Positions 42,395-52,312 of a stretch of 64,000 bases of DNA are shown here, one piece after another. The number at the start of each line of letters is the position of its first letter. Position 1 is the stretch's first letter. The position numbers and the translations under genes were made by a program. Below the pieces are notes generated by a model that saw only the letters and a program-made list of their open reading frames with translations, was not told the origin of the DNA and did not search any database. The stretch comes from a virus. The stretch is taken from the IMG/VR virus record IMGVR_UViG_3300027057_000001, positions 1-64,000 of that record. One strand, 5' to 3'.

Positions 42395-45300
42395 TGGCCA
42401 TCGAAATCGTCGGTGGCCGACCTCGCTCCGTCCGCACCGAGAAGGAGTTGACCCAGGAGATCCTTGAATCGCTCGAAGCGATGAGCGAAGAGGAGCGCCT
42501 GGCCTTCCTGTACTACCTGGACGAACTGGAGAAGGGGAACACCGACGTACTCGACGAGCACATCAAAGCCGAGTACATCGAGGAGCCCGTTGACCCGCTC
42601 ACCTTCCTGCTCGACGAATACTACCTGGGACAGGTCGGCCAGCATATGTGGCCGAAGCTCCAAGAGGACTTCGTTGAGCTATTCGAGGGCGACTACTCCG
42701 AGGCCATCCTGACCGGCTCACTGGGCTGGGGGAAGAGCTTCTTCGCGACGTGCGGGCTCGCCTACGTGCTCTACCAGATGTCGTGCCTGGCAAACCCACA
42801 GGAGGTCTACGGACTGGCCAGGGGCACGGGGCTCGCCGTCGCCATCCTGTCAGCTACGAGGGAGGCAGCCAGGCGCGTTCCGCTCGCGGAGTTGGGCTCG
42901 AAGCTCCAGTTGAGCCCCTACTTCAAGGAGAAGTGCCCCTACAAGATCGCTCAGACCATGTACGAGATCCGCTTCCCCACGAAGAAGATGATGGTGGTGG
43001 CGGGCTCGACCTCCAGCGCGGCTATCGGCACCAACGTCTTCAGCGGCTTCCTGGATGAGATGGCGTTCATGGGCGGCAGAAGGCAGATGGACAGGACCGG
43101 GCGTCTCGTGGAGGTGGATAAGAGCGAGGTGCTGACCAAGGCCATCGTGCGCCGGATGAAGTCGAGGTTCATGAAGTCAGGGAAGCTCCCTGGGCTGATG
43201 TTCCTGGTCTCCTCGAAGGAGAAGCCCGTCGCCTTCATCGAGCAGAAGATCGAAGAGGCCCGAGCAGGACAGGCCCCGGACGTCTTCGTGAGGGACTATT
43301 GCTTGACGGGGGACACCATCATCCCGCTTCTCGACGGGACGGAGAGGCGTCTCGATGATCTGTTCGCTGAGTTCGGCGGCACCGACGAGCGATTCGAGGT
43401 CTATTCGTTCGACGTGTCGAGCGGTCGTATGGTGCCTGGCCGTGCGTTCAGGCCGAGGCTGACTGCCAGGGCCGAGGAGATTCTGGAGGTCGAGCTAGAT
43501 AACGGCGAGGTGGTCAGGGCGACACCGTGGCACCCGTTCATGTTGAAGGATGGGACGTACAGGAGGGCTGACGAGCTTCAGCCAGGTGACTCGCTCATGC
43601 CCCTGTACCGAAGGCTGGATGACAAGGGGTACGAGGAGGTCGCGCAGCCGTGGTGGGGTGGGCGCTGGCAGAAGACGCACCATATGGTGGCGAGGGCCAA
43701 GTTCGGGTCGTGGCCCCGTCGTGGGAGCGATGGCAAGCCAACGGTCATCCATCACAAGGGCTTCGACAAGCGCAATAACACGACAGGGAACCTTCAGGTG
43801 AAGGAGTGGGACGAGCATCGTCGCATTCACACCGAGAATATGGAGACCTTGCTTCGCCATGTCAGGTCAGATGAGCATCGCAGGTTCGCATCCGAGCGAA
43901 TGAGGGCTCTTCACCAGGACGAGGACTTTGCACGGGAGCGCGATAGGCGTGGTCGTGAGTTGTTGAACAGGCTGCGTGAAGACGAGGGGTTCAGGGAGTG
44001 CCAAGCCAAGGCGGCGTCGAAGACGCTTTCGAGATTTCATCGCACAGACAGGGGGAGGACGAGGCAGTCTGAGAGAAGCCTGAAGAGGTGGGACGGCGAG
44101 CGCAAGATCGGCGGCGTGGGTGTCATTGTCGATGCGGCGAGGTGTGGTGAGACCATCACGTCTCTGGCCGAGAGGCTTGGGTGTTCACCGAGCGCCGTGA
44201 GTCAGCGTCTCAGGCGTGCTGGGATGCCGACCTATTCCAAGTTGAAGAGGGAGGCAGGACACGCGAGCCCAGGGAACCACAAGGTCGTCTCTGTCAGGGC
44301 CGGTGGTCGGAGCGATGTGTACGACCTTTCGGTGGAGGGGCTTGAAAACTTTGCCATCGGGAGCGGGGTTTTCGTCCATAACTCGACCTGGGACGTCAAG
44401 CCACAGGAGAATTTCAGCGGCAAGACCTTCCAGATCGCGGTCGGAAACGAGACCGTGCGCTCGAAGATCGACCCGACAGACGAGGACAAGGAGTGGTACG
44501 AGGGCTCCGGGCTTCGGGTCATCGAGGCCCCAGAGGAGTACCGCCCCGACTTTGAGTCCGATCTGGAGGGTGCGCTCCGCGACATCGCAGGCATCGCGAC
44601 CGAGAGCACGAGCCTGTTCGTCCATCGGCGCGAGAAGATCGTGGAGGCCATCGACGAGAGCCTGAAGAGCCCAGTCGATGTCGAGGAGTGGATGAGCGGC
44701 GACCCGCTGGAGTTCTGGTGGGAGAGGGTGGCGATCCCCTTTGAGAGGCCCATTCCTGGCGGTTTTACAGAGAAGGCGTGGAGGCCCATCAGGCACCCAC
44801 AGGCTGTGCGCTACGTCCACATCGACCCATCGCTGGTCGGAGACTGCGCCGGGCTCGTCATCAGCCACATCGCCGGGCACACGGAGGTGACCCGGAGGGA
44901 TGCTGGCGGCGAGTCGTACACGGAGGTGGCTCCGGTCATCGAGACGGACCTCCTGCTCAGGATCATTCCCCCGCCTGGGGACGAGATCTTCCTGGGGGAC
45001 ATCAGGGGCATCGTCTACGAGTTCCAGGCCCACGGCTTCATCATCGCCTTCGCCTCACTGGACAGCTACCAGAGCGCGGACACCAGGCAGCAGTTCAAGC
45101 AACGCGGCATCGAGTCAGAGGTGCTGTCGGTGGACAAGACGACGATCCCATACGAGTCAATGAAGACGGCCTTGTATGAGAACCGTCTGCGGCTCCAAGA
45201 CAACGTGACGCTCCAGAGGGAGCTTCGTGCGCTTCAGCGAGTGCAGAAGACCAAGGGCGTCATTCCGAAGTTCATGATCGACCACCCGGCTCGTGGCTCG

Positions 45301-45540
45301 AAGGACATCGCTGACGGTCTGGCTGGCACCGTTCACAGCCTCATGACCAGGCAGCCGGGATTGCCGATGGCACCCATGATGTCCGAGCGAGACGCGATGA
45401 CAGAGAAGCGAGACGACTCCTGGGTGACTGGCGGAAAGGTGATGGTCCCACCTTCGGCTGGTCAGCGAGGGGGTGGCCAGGGTATGGTTGGGCAGAAGGT
45501 GTCGAACAAGGATCTACCGATGCCGTTCACAAGGGGATAA
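42394..45540 (+). CDS. terL: terminase large subunit containing an intein
   Basis: GSLGWGKS, FLDE Walker B, HIDPS and KDIAD nuclease motifs; directly upstream of portal. Confidence 0.92.
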   Translation: MAIEIVGGRPRSVRTEKELTQEILESLEAMSEEERLAFLYYLDELEKGNTDVLDEHIKAEYIEEPVDPLTFLLDEYYLGQVGQHMWPKLQEDFVELFEGDYSEAILTGSLGWGKSFFATCGLAYVLYQMSCLANPQEVYGLARGTGLAVAILSATREAARRVPLAELGSKLQLSPYFKEKCPYKIAQTMYEIRFPTKKMMVVAGSTSSAAIGTNVFSGFLDEMAFMGGRRQMDRTGRLVEVDKSEVLTKAIVRRMKSRFMKSGKLPGLMFLVSSKEKPVAFIEQKIEEARAGQAPDVFVRDYCLTGDTIIPLLDGTERRLDDLFAEFGGTDERFEVYSFDVSSGRMVPGRAFRPRLTARAEEILEVELDNGEVVRATPWHPFMLKDGTYRRADELQPGDSLMPLYRRLDDKGYEEVAQPWWGGRWQKTHHMVARAKFGSWPRRGSDGKPTVIHHKGFDKRNNTTGNLQVKEWDEHRRIHTENMETLLRHVRSDEHRRFASERMRALHQDEDFARERDRRGRELLNRLREDEGFRECQAKAASKTLSRFHRTDRGRTRQSERSLKRWDGERKIGGVGVIVDAARCGETITSLAERLGCSPSAVSQRLRRAGMPTYSKLKREAGHASPGNHKVVSVRAGGRSDVYDLSVEGLENFAIGSGVFVHNSTWDVKPQENFSGKTFQIAVGNETVRSKIDPTDEDKEWYEGSGLRVIEAPEEYRPDFESDLEGALRDIAGIATESTSLFVHRREKIVEAIDESLKSPVDVEEWMSGDPLEFWWERVAIPFERPIPGGFTEKAWRPIRHPQAVRYVHIDPSLVGDCAGLVISHIAGHTEVTRRDAGGESYTEVAPVIETDLLLRIIPPPGDEIFLGDIRGIVYEFQAHGFIIAFASLDSYQSADTRQQFKQRGIESEVLSVDKTTIPYESMKTALYENRLRLQDNVTLQRELRALQRVQKTKGVIPKFMIDHPARGSKDIADGLAGTVHSLMTRQPGLPMAPMMSERDAMTEKRDDSWVTGGKVMVPPSAGQRGGGQGMVGQKVSNKDLPMPFTRG
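43300..44382 (+). mobile_element. intein (361 aa) with HNH-type endonuclease
   Basis: CLTGDT start, TPWHPF block B, VYDLSV..FVHN/S end; internal VIHHKGFDKRNN..NL..H. Confidence 0.92.
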
Positions 45541-45541
45541 C

Positions 45542-47323
45542 GTGGCAACACTCTGGGAAGGATTCACAGCGAACGTGGGCAATGCCCTGCGCTCGTTCTT
45601 TGCCCGGACCCCTCAGAGGCAGGCGGCGGAGCTTCAGCGAGGCGGCACACCGGCAGTCTCGATGGCCGGGCTACCATACAACCTGGTCACGCAGTTCGGC
45701 TACGATGCGCTCGCCAACTACCTCCGCATCGACCAAGACCTCCAGCAGCGCTACACCGACTACGAGGAGATGGACGAGTACCCCGAAATCAGTGTGGGGC
45801 TCGACATCTACGCCGACGACTCTACCAGCCCAGACCTGGACCGGGAGCAGGCGATCTGGGCAGTGAGCGAGGACAAGAGGACCGCCGACGAACTGAACCA
45901 CATGCTCCACAAGCAACTCCTCATCGAGGAAGACATCTGGGGCGTGGTCAGGACGCTGTGCAAGTACGGCAACGTCTTCGGTGAGTGCTTGGTGACCGAC
46001 CAGGGGCTCGTGGGCATCAACTACCTCCCTCCGCCGACCACGCGGCGTGTCGAAGGCCCGCGCGGGCAACTCATCGGCTTCATCCAGGACATCCGGGGCG
46101 AGTTCAACATCAGCCTGGAGGACTTCTACAAGCTCGCGGAGCAGCAGCAGGCGTACCGCCAGGGGCAGACAGACCGACAGGCGGCACCGGCTGCCATGGG
46201 TCGCAAGCCTGGCGAGTTGACCGTCTTCGAGGACTGGGAGTTGATTCACTGGCGACTCCGGGGCAAGCACCTGCGCTCCGTCTACGGGCACGCGGTCATC
46301 GACCCGGCTCGCTGGATATGGAAGCGGCTGGCGCTCCTCGAAGACGCCCTGCTCATCTACAAGCTGGAGCGCGCCCCTGCTCGCTACGCCTTCTACATCG
46401 ACGTGGGCGAGCTTGACGCCGAGCGCGGCCTGGCGTTCGTCAACAAGGTCAAGAACAGCTTCACCCGCCAGAAGTTCGTCAACCCCAACACCGGCAAACT
46501 GGACATGCGGTTCAACCCGCTGGCCATGGACGAGGACTTCTTCGTGCCGGTGCGGGCTGGCAAGCGGACGACCGAGATCGACGTCATCAGCGGCCCGGAC
46601 TATTCCGAGACCGAGACGCTGGAGTACCACCGGGACAAGCTCGTCAGCGCCATCAAAATCCCGAAGGTCTACATGGGGTATGGCGGCGAGAGCACGCGCA
46701 ACGCCCTGTCCAGCGAGGACATCCGGTTCGCCCGCACGGTGATGCGGATTCAGCGCGTCACGAGGAGCGGATTCCGCCAGGCGTCTCGCGTCCATCTCAT
46801 CGCCAAGGGCATAGACCCCAGGGCCGACTACGACATCAGGATGAACGTCCCGAGCCAGATTCTCGAACTGGCTCGCGTGGAGGTGATGAGCGCCACTGCC
46901 GATCTCGCCTCTCGCATGAAGGAGGACGTCGGCACGAGGTGGGTCCTGACGCACCTCTACAAGTTCTCGGAGGACGAAGCTGCTGCGGTCATGAAGGAGA
47001 AGAGCCAGGAAGAGCTTGACCGAGGCAAGCGCGAGGCCGACATCGAGAAGATGAGGATGGAGGGCATGTCACCGGAAGAGCAGCGAGATGCCATCCTGAA
47101 GGGGGATCTCGATGTCCGTCTGTCGAAGCTCATGACTGCTGTCTCTCGGCGCGACTGGCGGCGCGACTTCGAGCGCCCCCGCCACGTCGAAAAAAGGGCC
47201 GAGGAGAAGCTGTCCCGTGTCCTCAAGGAGAACCGCGATACAACCCGCCGCCTGAAGGAGCTTGGGGGCCTCATGATGGAGATTCGTGGGGCACTCAGGG
47301 CTTCCGCTGCGCCTCCCATGTGA
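45542..47323 (+). CDS. portal protein (T4 gp20-like)
   Basis: YEEMDEYPEI, LLEDALLIYKLERAPARYAFYIDVG, EDFFVP, EDIRFAR. Confidence 0.93.
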   Translation: MATLWEGFTANVGNALRSFFARTPQRQAAELQRGGTPAVSMAGLPYNLVTQFGYDALANYLRIDQDLQQRYTDYEEMDEYPEISVGLDIYADDSTSPDLDREQAIWAVSEDKRTADELNHMLHKQLLIEEDIWGVVRTLCKYGNVFGECLVTDQGLVGINYLPPPTTRRVEGPRGQLIGFIQDIRGEFNISLEDFYKLAEQQQAYRQGQTDRQAAPAAMGRKPGELTVFEDWELIHWRLRGKHLRSVYGHAVIDPARWIWKRLALLEDALLIYKLERAPARYAFYIDVGELDAERGLAFVNKVKNSFTRQKFVNPNTGKLDMRFNPLAMDEDFFVPVRAGKRTTEIDVISGPDYSETETLEYHRDKLVSAIKIPKVYMGYGGESTRNALSSEDIRFARTVMRIQRVTRSGFRQASRVHLIAKGIDPRADYDIRMNVPSQILELARVEVMSATADLASRMKEDVGTRWVLTHLYKFSEDEAAAVMKEKSQEELDRGKREADIEKMRMEGMSPEEQRDAILKGDLDVRLSKLMTAVSRRDWRRDFERPRHVEKRAEEKLSRVLKENRDTTRRLKELGGLMMEIRGALRASAAPPM

Positions 47324-47417
47324 TAGGATGCCTTTGGTGATGGGAACAGTGGCTTGACATCGGCTCAATGGTGGCCGTAGGTTAGCTGCTTAGAGCAACC
47401 CATCATCCACGGGCGAC

Positions 47418-48350
47418 ATGACACGGAAATTGGTTGACGGCGAATACCTCTCCAAGCTCATCGAAGGCTCCCACGAGGAGGCCATTCGACGGGCTGACGA
47501 GATGGTGGAGAGCCATTCCGAGCTATTCGGCGGTGGTGAGGGTGTCCAGCTTCAGTCCTGGACTTTCCCCCAGCACGTCATCGTCGCCAACTCGGAAGGT
47601 GAGTTCTTTCGCGCCTCCCTTGGTGTCTCAGAGGACACCGGAGAGGCCACTTTCGAGCAGGTCGAGACCATCGACGTGCCCGTGCGCGAGGCCAGGACGA
47701 TGGCCCGCGAGGCTCGCGAGACCGCGACCTCGGCGGTGGATGCCATCCTCTCTGGCGACCGCAACGGAGCACTGAGGGCTGTCAGCGACCTTCACGACCT
47801 CGTGCAGGGTGGTGTGCGGCTGACGGCAGAGGCCGTCGAAGACGATCTGCTCTCCGTGGACGTGTCCGACGCCGACTGGTTCAAGGCAGTCCGTGTCAAC
47901 GAGAAACAGATGCGGAGCTTCGTCGGGGCAGAGGCCAACAAGCCCACCCCGCAGCCCCGCTTCGAGAACATCCAGGAGCACACCCCGGACAATGCCGACC
48001 GGCTTCGTCAGATCGTCACAAGCAGCCTCGTCTCCCTGAAGGAGAGCCTGGCTGGCATGTGCAACGGCCTGGCGCTGGCTCGCGAGGTCACCGAGGCCCA
48101 TGTGCTTCAGGGGGGTGCCGGTGACGCCGCGATGTCCGCGATGGACTACGTGGAGTTCGTCGGTGCCTTCGACTCCGACCTCTGCCGCGTCAAGGGTGTC
48201 GTCGAAGACGCCATGATGGTGGCGCAGGACGGCTCGCTGGACAGCCTGGGTCGCATCCATGACAGCGTGGCGTCCAGGATGTACGAGATGGCACTGGCGG
48301 CGGCGTTCTGCGAGAAGCTGGCCCGCCGATTCGACGCCCCTGCGGCGTAG
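47418..48350 (+). CDS. hypothetical head-assembly protein
   Basis: lies between portal and protease; LIE/VRE sites. Confidence 0.6.
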   Translation: MTRKLVDGEYLSKLIEGSHEEAIRRADEMVESHSELFGGGEGVQLQSWTFPQHVIVANSEGEFFRASLGVSEDTGEATFEQVETIDVPVREARTMAREARETATSAVDAILSGDRNGALRAVSDLHDLVQGGVRLTAEAVEDDLLSVDVSDADWFKAVRVNEKQMRSFVGAEANKPTPQPRFENIQEHTPDNADRLRQIVTSSLVSLKESLAGMCNGLALAREVTEAHVLQGGAGDAAMSAMDYVEFVGAFDSDLCRVKGVVEDAMMVAQDGSLDSLGRIHDSVASRMYEMALAAAFCEKLARRFDAPAA

Positions 48351-48359
48351 GAGGTCAGC

Positions 48360-50402
48360 ATGAGGCACCCTCACAACGCAACTGTCCGACCGCTCGACGA
48401 AGAGCTTGCCGAGATGGGGCTCAACCCCGACAAGGTGCTCTCCGAGATCGACCGCAACACCGCGATGCTCGAAGGTGAGTCTCCGCTGCTCGATCCAGCG
48501 GGTCTACCCGAAGGCTCCGAGGACGTCCCCCGCTCTCTGGCCCAGTACGGCTCGACCCTGCTGGACGAGAAGAAGAAGTGTAAGAAGAAGGAGGACGACG
48601 ACGAGGACGACGACGACTCCGACGACGATGGACCCGAAGGCGACGAGTACGAGGGCATGGGCGAGGGCCAGGACCCGGAACCCGCTCCCGAGCCAGTCTC
48701 CGAGGACGTCATCGTCGAGAAGGAGTGGATCGCCAAGGCGATCAAGGACCCGGGCCGCGTGCGGAAGTACCTGGGCGTGCCAGAGGGCGAGAAGATCCCG
48801 ATGGCGAAGATCGAAGCCGCCATCGAGAAGCTGAAGGGCCAGCCCGACAGCGACGAGAAGAAGAGTCTCATCGGTGCCCTGGTGCTCGCGAAGCGCCTGA
48901 AGAGCGGCATCGGCGAGGATGTGACCGAGGACCAGATCTCCGACCTTCTGTACCTCATCGACGAGGGCTGGGAACTCGACGAGGCTGGTCTCGGCATCGT
49001 GAAGAAGGCGCGCGGCGCGGCTGCTCGCCTGGCCAAGCGCATGAGGCACCGGGCCTACCTGAAGTCTCGCGGGGCCATGAAGCTCGCCGCGAAGATCTAC
49101 CGGAAGAAGTTCAAGCGGAAGATCAAGCGCCGCGAGAAGATGAAGCTGCGCCGCTTCGGTCGCGAGGGGTTGGCGAAGCTCCACAAGATGGGGAAGCGCG
49201 TCGTCCAGCGCGTGACCGGGAAGAAGAAGAAGAAGGAGTGGGCCGACACCATCGCCAGTCTCCAAGAGGAGATGGGCGTGATGGAGGAGACCTTCGGCAT
49301 CCAGGAGCCCATCGACGAGGACATCGAGGAGCGCGAATACTCCCCCACGGTGGAGGCCCTTCTCAACGCGGCAGAGACCGCGATGTACCTCGGCGAGGTC
49401 TTCGACGCCATGGGCGACGAAGCGGGCCAGGTTCTCCTGAAGCTCTCCGACAAGGCCGTGGACCTCGCGGACGTCATCGAGGCCAATGAGAACGGCGAGC
49501 CGACCGAGGAGCAGGAGAAGCACCTGGACACGGTGCTCGATGCCGTGATCAAGGCCCTGGGAGAGTACGAGGACCGGGGCTCCCCCTCTCTGAGCGAGGC
49601 CATCGGCATGGCGCTCGTCGCCGAGGGCGTGGGCACCTGGGACGAACTGGTCGAGTACAAGATCCCGACACCTGCCGAGATGCAAGCTCGCATCGCTGGC
49701 GGGAAGAAGGCGCACCAGAAGACTGGCCACAGGGTTCCGGCTGGCAAGACGGTCTCTCCCGACCCCACGGTCGCCGGGAAGTACCTGAAGGCCATCAACA
49801 TGGCCATGCAGAAGCGCGAGCCTGCCGCAGCGATGAAGGCTGCCGAGAAGGTGCTGAAGAAGCACAAGGTCATGGACGCCAAGGGGCTGCCGGTCACGCG
49901 CATCGACACGATGACCGACGTGCTGCGGACGGTGTTCTACCTCTCGCAGATCACCGGCCTGAAGGCCCCGGCCTGGATGTACGCCGGGAAGAAGAAGCCA
50001 TGGTTCGTGGCCAAGGGCGACGACGACCAGCCCGGCATGGCGAAGACCGACGCGAAGCTCGTCGGCGCGCTGAAGGCCCTGGGCGCTCCCGCTGGCCTGC
50101 TGAAGGCCATGGGTGAGGAGTTCGAGCACGTCACCGACTTCGTCTTCTCTCTCGAAGAGGCGGGGATGGGGGCGCAATCGGTGGTGCCCGGTCTGGACCC
50201 GGACCAGGAGCGCATCTTCGACACCATCGTGCTGATGGCGACGAACGACGGCGCGTCCTACAAGAAACGGGACGCCAAGGGTGCGGTGAAGAGGGCCGCG
50301 ACTCAGCACAAGCGGGACGCGGCGAGCGACCTCGCTTTCGACCTGAAGAAGGTCGAGCCCTACGCCACCAAAGAGGTGGCCCGGCGCTGGGCTGCGGCGT
50401 GA
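48360..50402 (+). CDS. prohead core / internal polyprotein
   Basis: alternating very acidic and very basic blocks; many LxE sites; position of T4 gp67/68. Confidence 0.65.
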   Translation: MRHPHNATVRPLDEELAEMGLNPDKVLSEIDRNTAMLEGESPLLDPAGLPEGSEDVPRSLAQYGSTLLDEKKKCKKKEDDDEDDDDSDDDGPEGDEYEGMGEGQDPEPAPEPVSEDVIVEKEWIAKAIKDPGRVRKYLGVPEGEKIPMAKIEAAIEKLKGQPDSDEKKSLIGALVLAKRLKSGIGEDVTEDQISDLLYLIDEGWELDEAGLGIVKKARGAAARLAKRMRHRAYLKSRGAMKLAAKIYRKKFKRKIKRREKMKLRRFGREGLAKLHKMGKRVVQRVTGKKKKKEWADTIASLQEEMGVMEETFGIQEPIDEDIEEREYSPTVEALLNAAETAMYLGEVFDAMGDEAGQVLLKLSDKAVDLADVIEANENGEPTEEQEKHLDTVLDAVIKALGEYEDRGSPSLSEAIGMALVAEGVGTWDELVEYKIPTPAEMQARIAGGKKAHQKTGHRVPAGKTVSPDPTVAGKYLKAINMAMQKREPAAAMKAAEKVLKKHKVMDAKGLPVTRIDTMTDVLRTVFYLSQITGLKAPAWMYAGKKKPWFVAKGDDDQPGMAKTDAKLVGALKALGAPAGLLKAMGEEFEHVTDFVFSLEEAGMGAQSVVPGLDPDQERIFDTIVLMATNDGASYKKRDAKGAVKRAATQHKRDAASDLAFDLKKVEPYATKEVARRWAAA

Positions 50403-50629
50403 AATGGGTGCCCCTCGAATGGCTGTTCGAGGCCCCGCGAAAGCGACGGACAGCCTATCGAAGTGGGCGTAGAGAGCTTCTGGGAGTGGAGACGCGACGA
50501 AATATCATTGGCTTCGAGAAGCCTGGTGAGCGTAAGATAGCTCCCAAGAGGAAGCGCCCGAAGAAGTCGAGGAGCGTCATAGACCGCACGGCACTGAGGG
50601 CGAAGACGAAGAAATCGAGGGTCTGGTAA
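50399..50629 (+). CDS. small basic protein
   Basis: GTGA overlap; LFE/A followed by Arg/Lys-rich body. Confidence 0.6.
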   Translation: MKWVPLEWLFEAPRKRRTAYRSGRRELLGVETRRNIIGFEKPGERKIAPKRKRPKKSRSVIDRTALRAKTKKSRVW

Positions 50630-52281
50630 TGGCCGAAATTCTCATCGACTCCATGCCTCTGGAGTTCACGCTGGAAGAGGCGAAGGATCGCCCCGGCAAG
50701 TACGTGGCTCGTGGGCAGTTCGCCCGCAGCGACAAGCCGACCGAGAACAAGCGGCTGTACGGCCCCCACCTGTGGGAGCGCGAGATCGGTCGCCTGTCCG
50801 ACTCCATGAAGGGCCGCATGGTCTTCGGCGAGTTGGACCACCCGGCTGACGGGCGGACCAAGCTCCAGCGGGTCTCACACATCCTCACCAACCTCCGCGC
50901 CGATGGCGCTGAGATCATGGGCGAGGCGGAGATCCTGGACACTCCCAACGGGCGCATCCTGAAGGCCATCCTGGACGCCAACGGCAAGGTCGGCGTGTCC
51001 AGCCGTGGATTCGGGACGACCAAGGTGACCGGCAGTGGAGTCCACGAGGTGCAGGAAGACTTCCGTCTCCACACATTCGACTTCGTGGCGGACCCCGCAA
51101 TGAAGACGGCGTATCCCGACGTGTTCCACGAGGAGACGCAGAAGATACCGGAGGACGGCATGGAACTGACCCTGGAAGACCTGAAGAGGGACTACCCAGG
51201 GCTCGTGGAGGCGCTGTCGAGCGAGGTCAAGACCGCCGCTCTGACGGAGGCTGGCGAGACCCATGGGCAAGCTCTCAGCGAGGCGGTGACGGCGGCAGAG
51301 GAGCGCACCGAGGCGAGGCTGCGAGAGCAGTTCTCCGGTGAGCTTCGGCGAACCATCGAGCAGATCGAGGAGTCGGCTCGCGAGAAGGCCCACAGCGAGG
51401 CCGCGAGCGACCCGACCCTGGCTGGCTCGAAGCTGGCGGTCGAGCAGATCGCCCGCATCATCGCGCCCTTCGGCGTCCCGATGGACCAGAAGGCGGAACT
51501 CGACCGCAAGGACGAGGAGATCGCCAAGCTGAAGGGCGACCTCGCCGAGCGTGACCTGGAAATCCAGGCCGCGAAGAAGCAGGCCGAGGAGTACAAGGCC
51601 GTCGCCACCGAGGCGGCGTTCCAGCTTCATCTGGAGCGCCTGGTGTCGGAGGACGACTCCAAGGACGCGATCATCTCACTCGTCGGCGCTGTCGCCCAGT
51701 ACGGCACGACCGACGAGATCGAGGCCAAGGTGGAGGCCGTCAGAGACGAGCTTGCCAAGGCCAAGGTGCAGGAGCAGGAGAAGGCGGAGCAGGCCGACGC
51801 CGAGACCCAGGCCAAGATCGAGGAGATCGAAGCCCGGCTCGATGCGGCGGAAAAGAAGGCCGAGGAAGCCGAGGCCGAGAAGGAGAAGGCGAACGACCGC
51901 ACCCGGAAGGCTCTCCAAGTGGCCGAGGAGATGCAGCTTGCGATTCACGTCGAGCAGCGTCTTCGCGAGCACAAGGGGGGCGACGACCTGCGTGCCCTGT
52001 GCGAGAATGCCAAGTCCGCCGACGAGGTGGACAGCATCATCGCGGGGTACGACGAGCGCCATCCCGAGCCCCCTCGCATCGACGAGGATCAGGCACAGCG
52101 GATCAGGAGCCGCGCGGCCACCGGGAAGGAGCGGGACATTCACGAGGACACTCACGGGAAGCCCGAGGACGAGGGCAAGGGCAACGGCGTGGACGAGCAC
52201 GCCGAAGACCCCCTCGCCGCCCTGGGTCTGACCGAGGAGCAGTTCGACGAGTTCGCCGGGACGAAGGGTCTCGACAGTTAG
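50629..52281 (+). CDS. prohead protease (gp21-like) fused to a scaffold-like coiled coil
   Basis: NKRLY, GELDHP, VGVSSRGFG, TFDFVADPA; acidic coiled-coil C-terminus. Confidence 0.9.
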   Translation: MAEILIDSMPLEFTLEEAKDRPGKYVARGQFARSDKPTENKRLYGPHLWEREIGRLSDSMKGRMVFGELDHPADGRTKLQRVSHILTNLRADGAEIMGEAEILDTPNGRILKAILDANGKVGVSSRGFGTTKVTGSGVHEVQEDFRLHTFDFVADPAMKTAYPDVFHEETQKIPEDGMELTLEDLKRDYPGLVEALSSEVKTAALTEAGETHGQALSEAVTAAEERTEARLREQFSGELRRTIEQIEESAREKAHSEAASDPTLAGSKLAVEQIARIIAPFGVPMDQKAELDRKDEEIAKLKGDLAERDLEIQAAKKQAEEYKAVATEAAFQLHLERLVSEDDSKDAIISLVGAVAQYGTTDEIEAKVEAVRDELAKAKVQEQEKAEQADAETQAKIEEIEARLDAAEKKAEEAEAEKEKANDRTRKALQVAEEMQLAIHVEQRLREHKGGDDLRALCENAKSADEVDSIIAGYDERHPEPPRIDEDQAQRIRSRAATGKERDIHEDTHGKPEDEGKGNGVDEHAEDPLAALGLTEEQFDEFAGTKGLDS

Positions 52282-52312
52282 GGCCTCCTGGGGCCAAATC
52301 GAGGAGGGAGTT

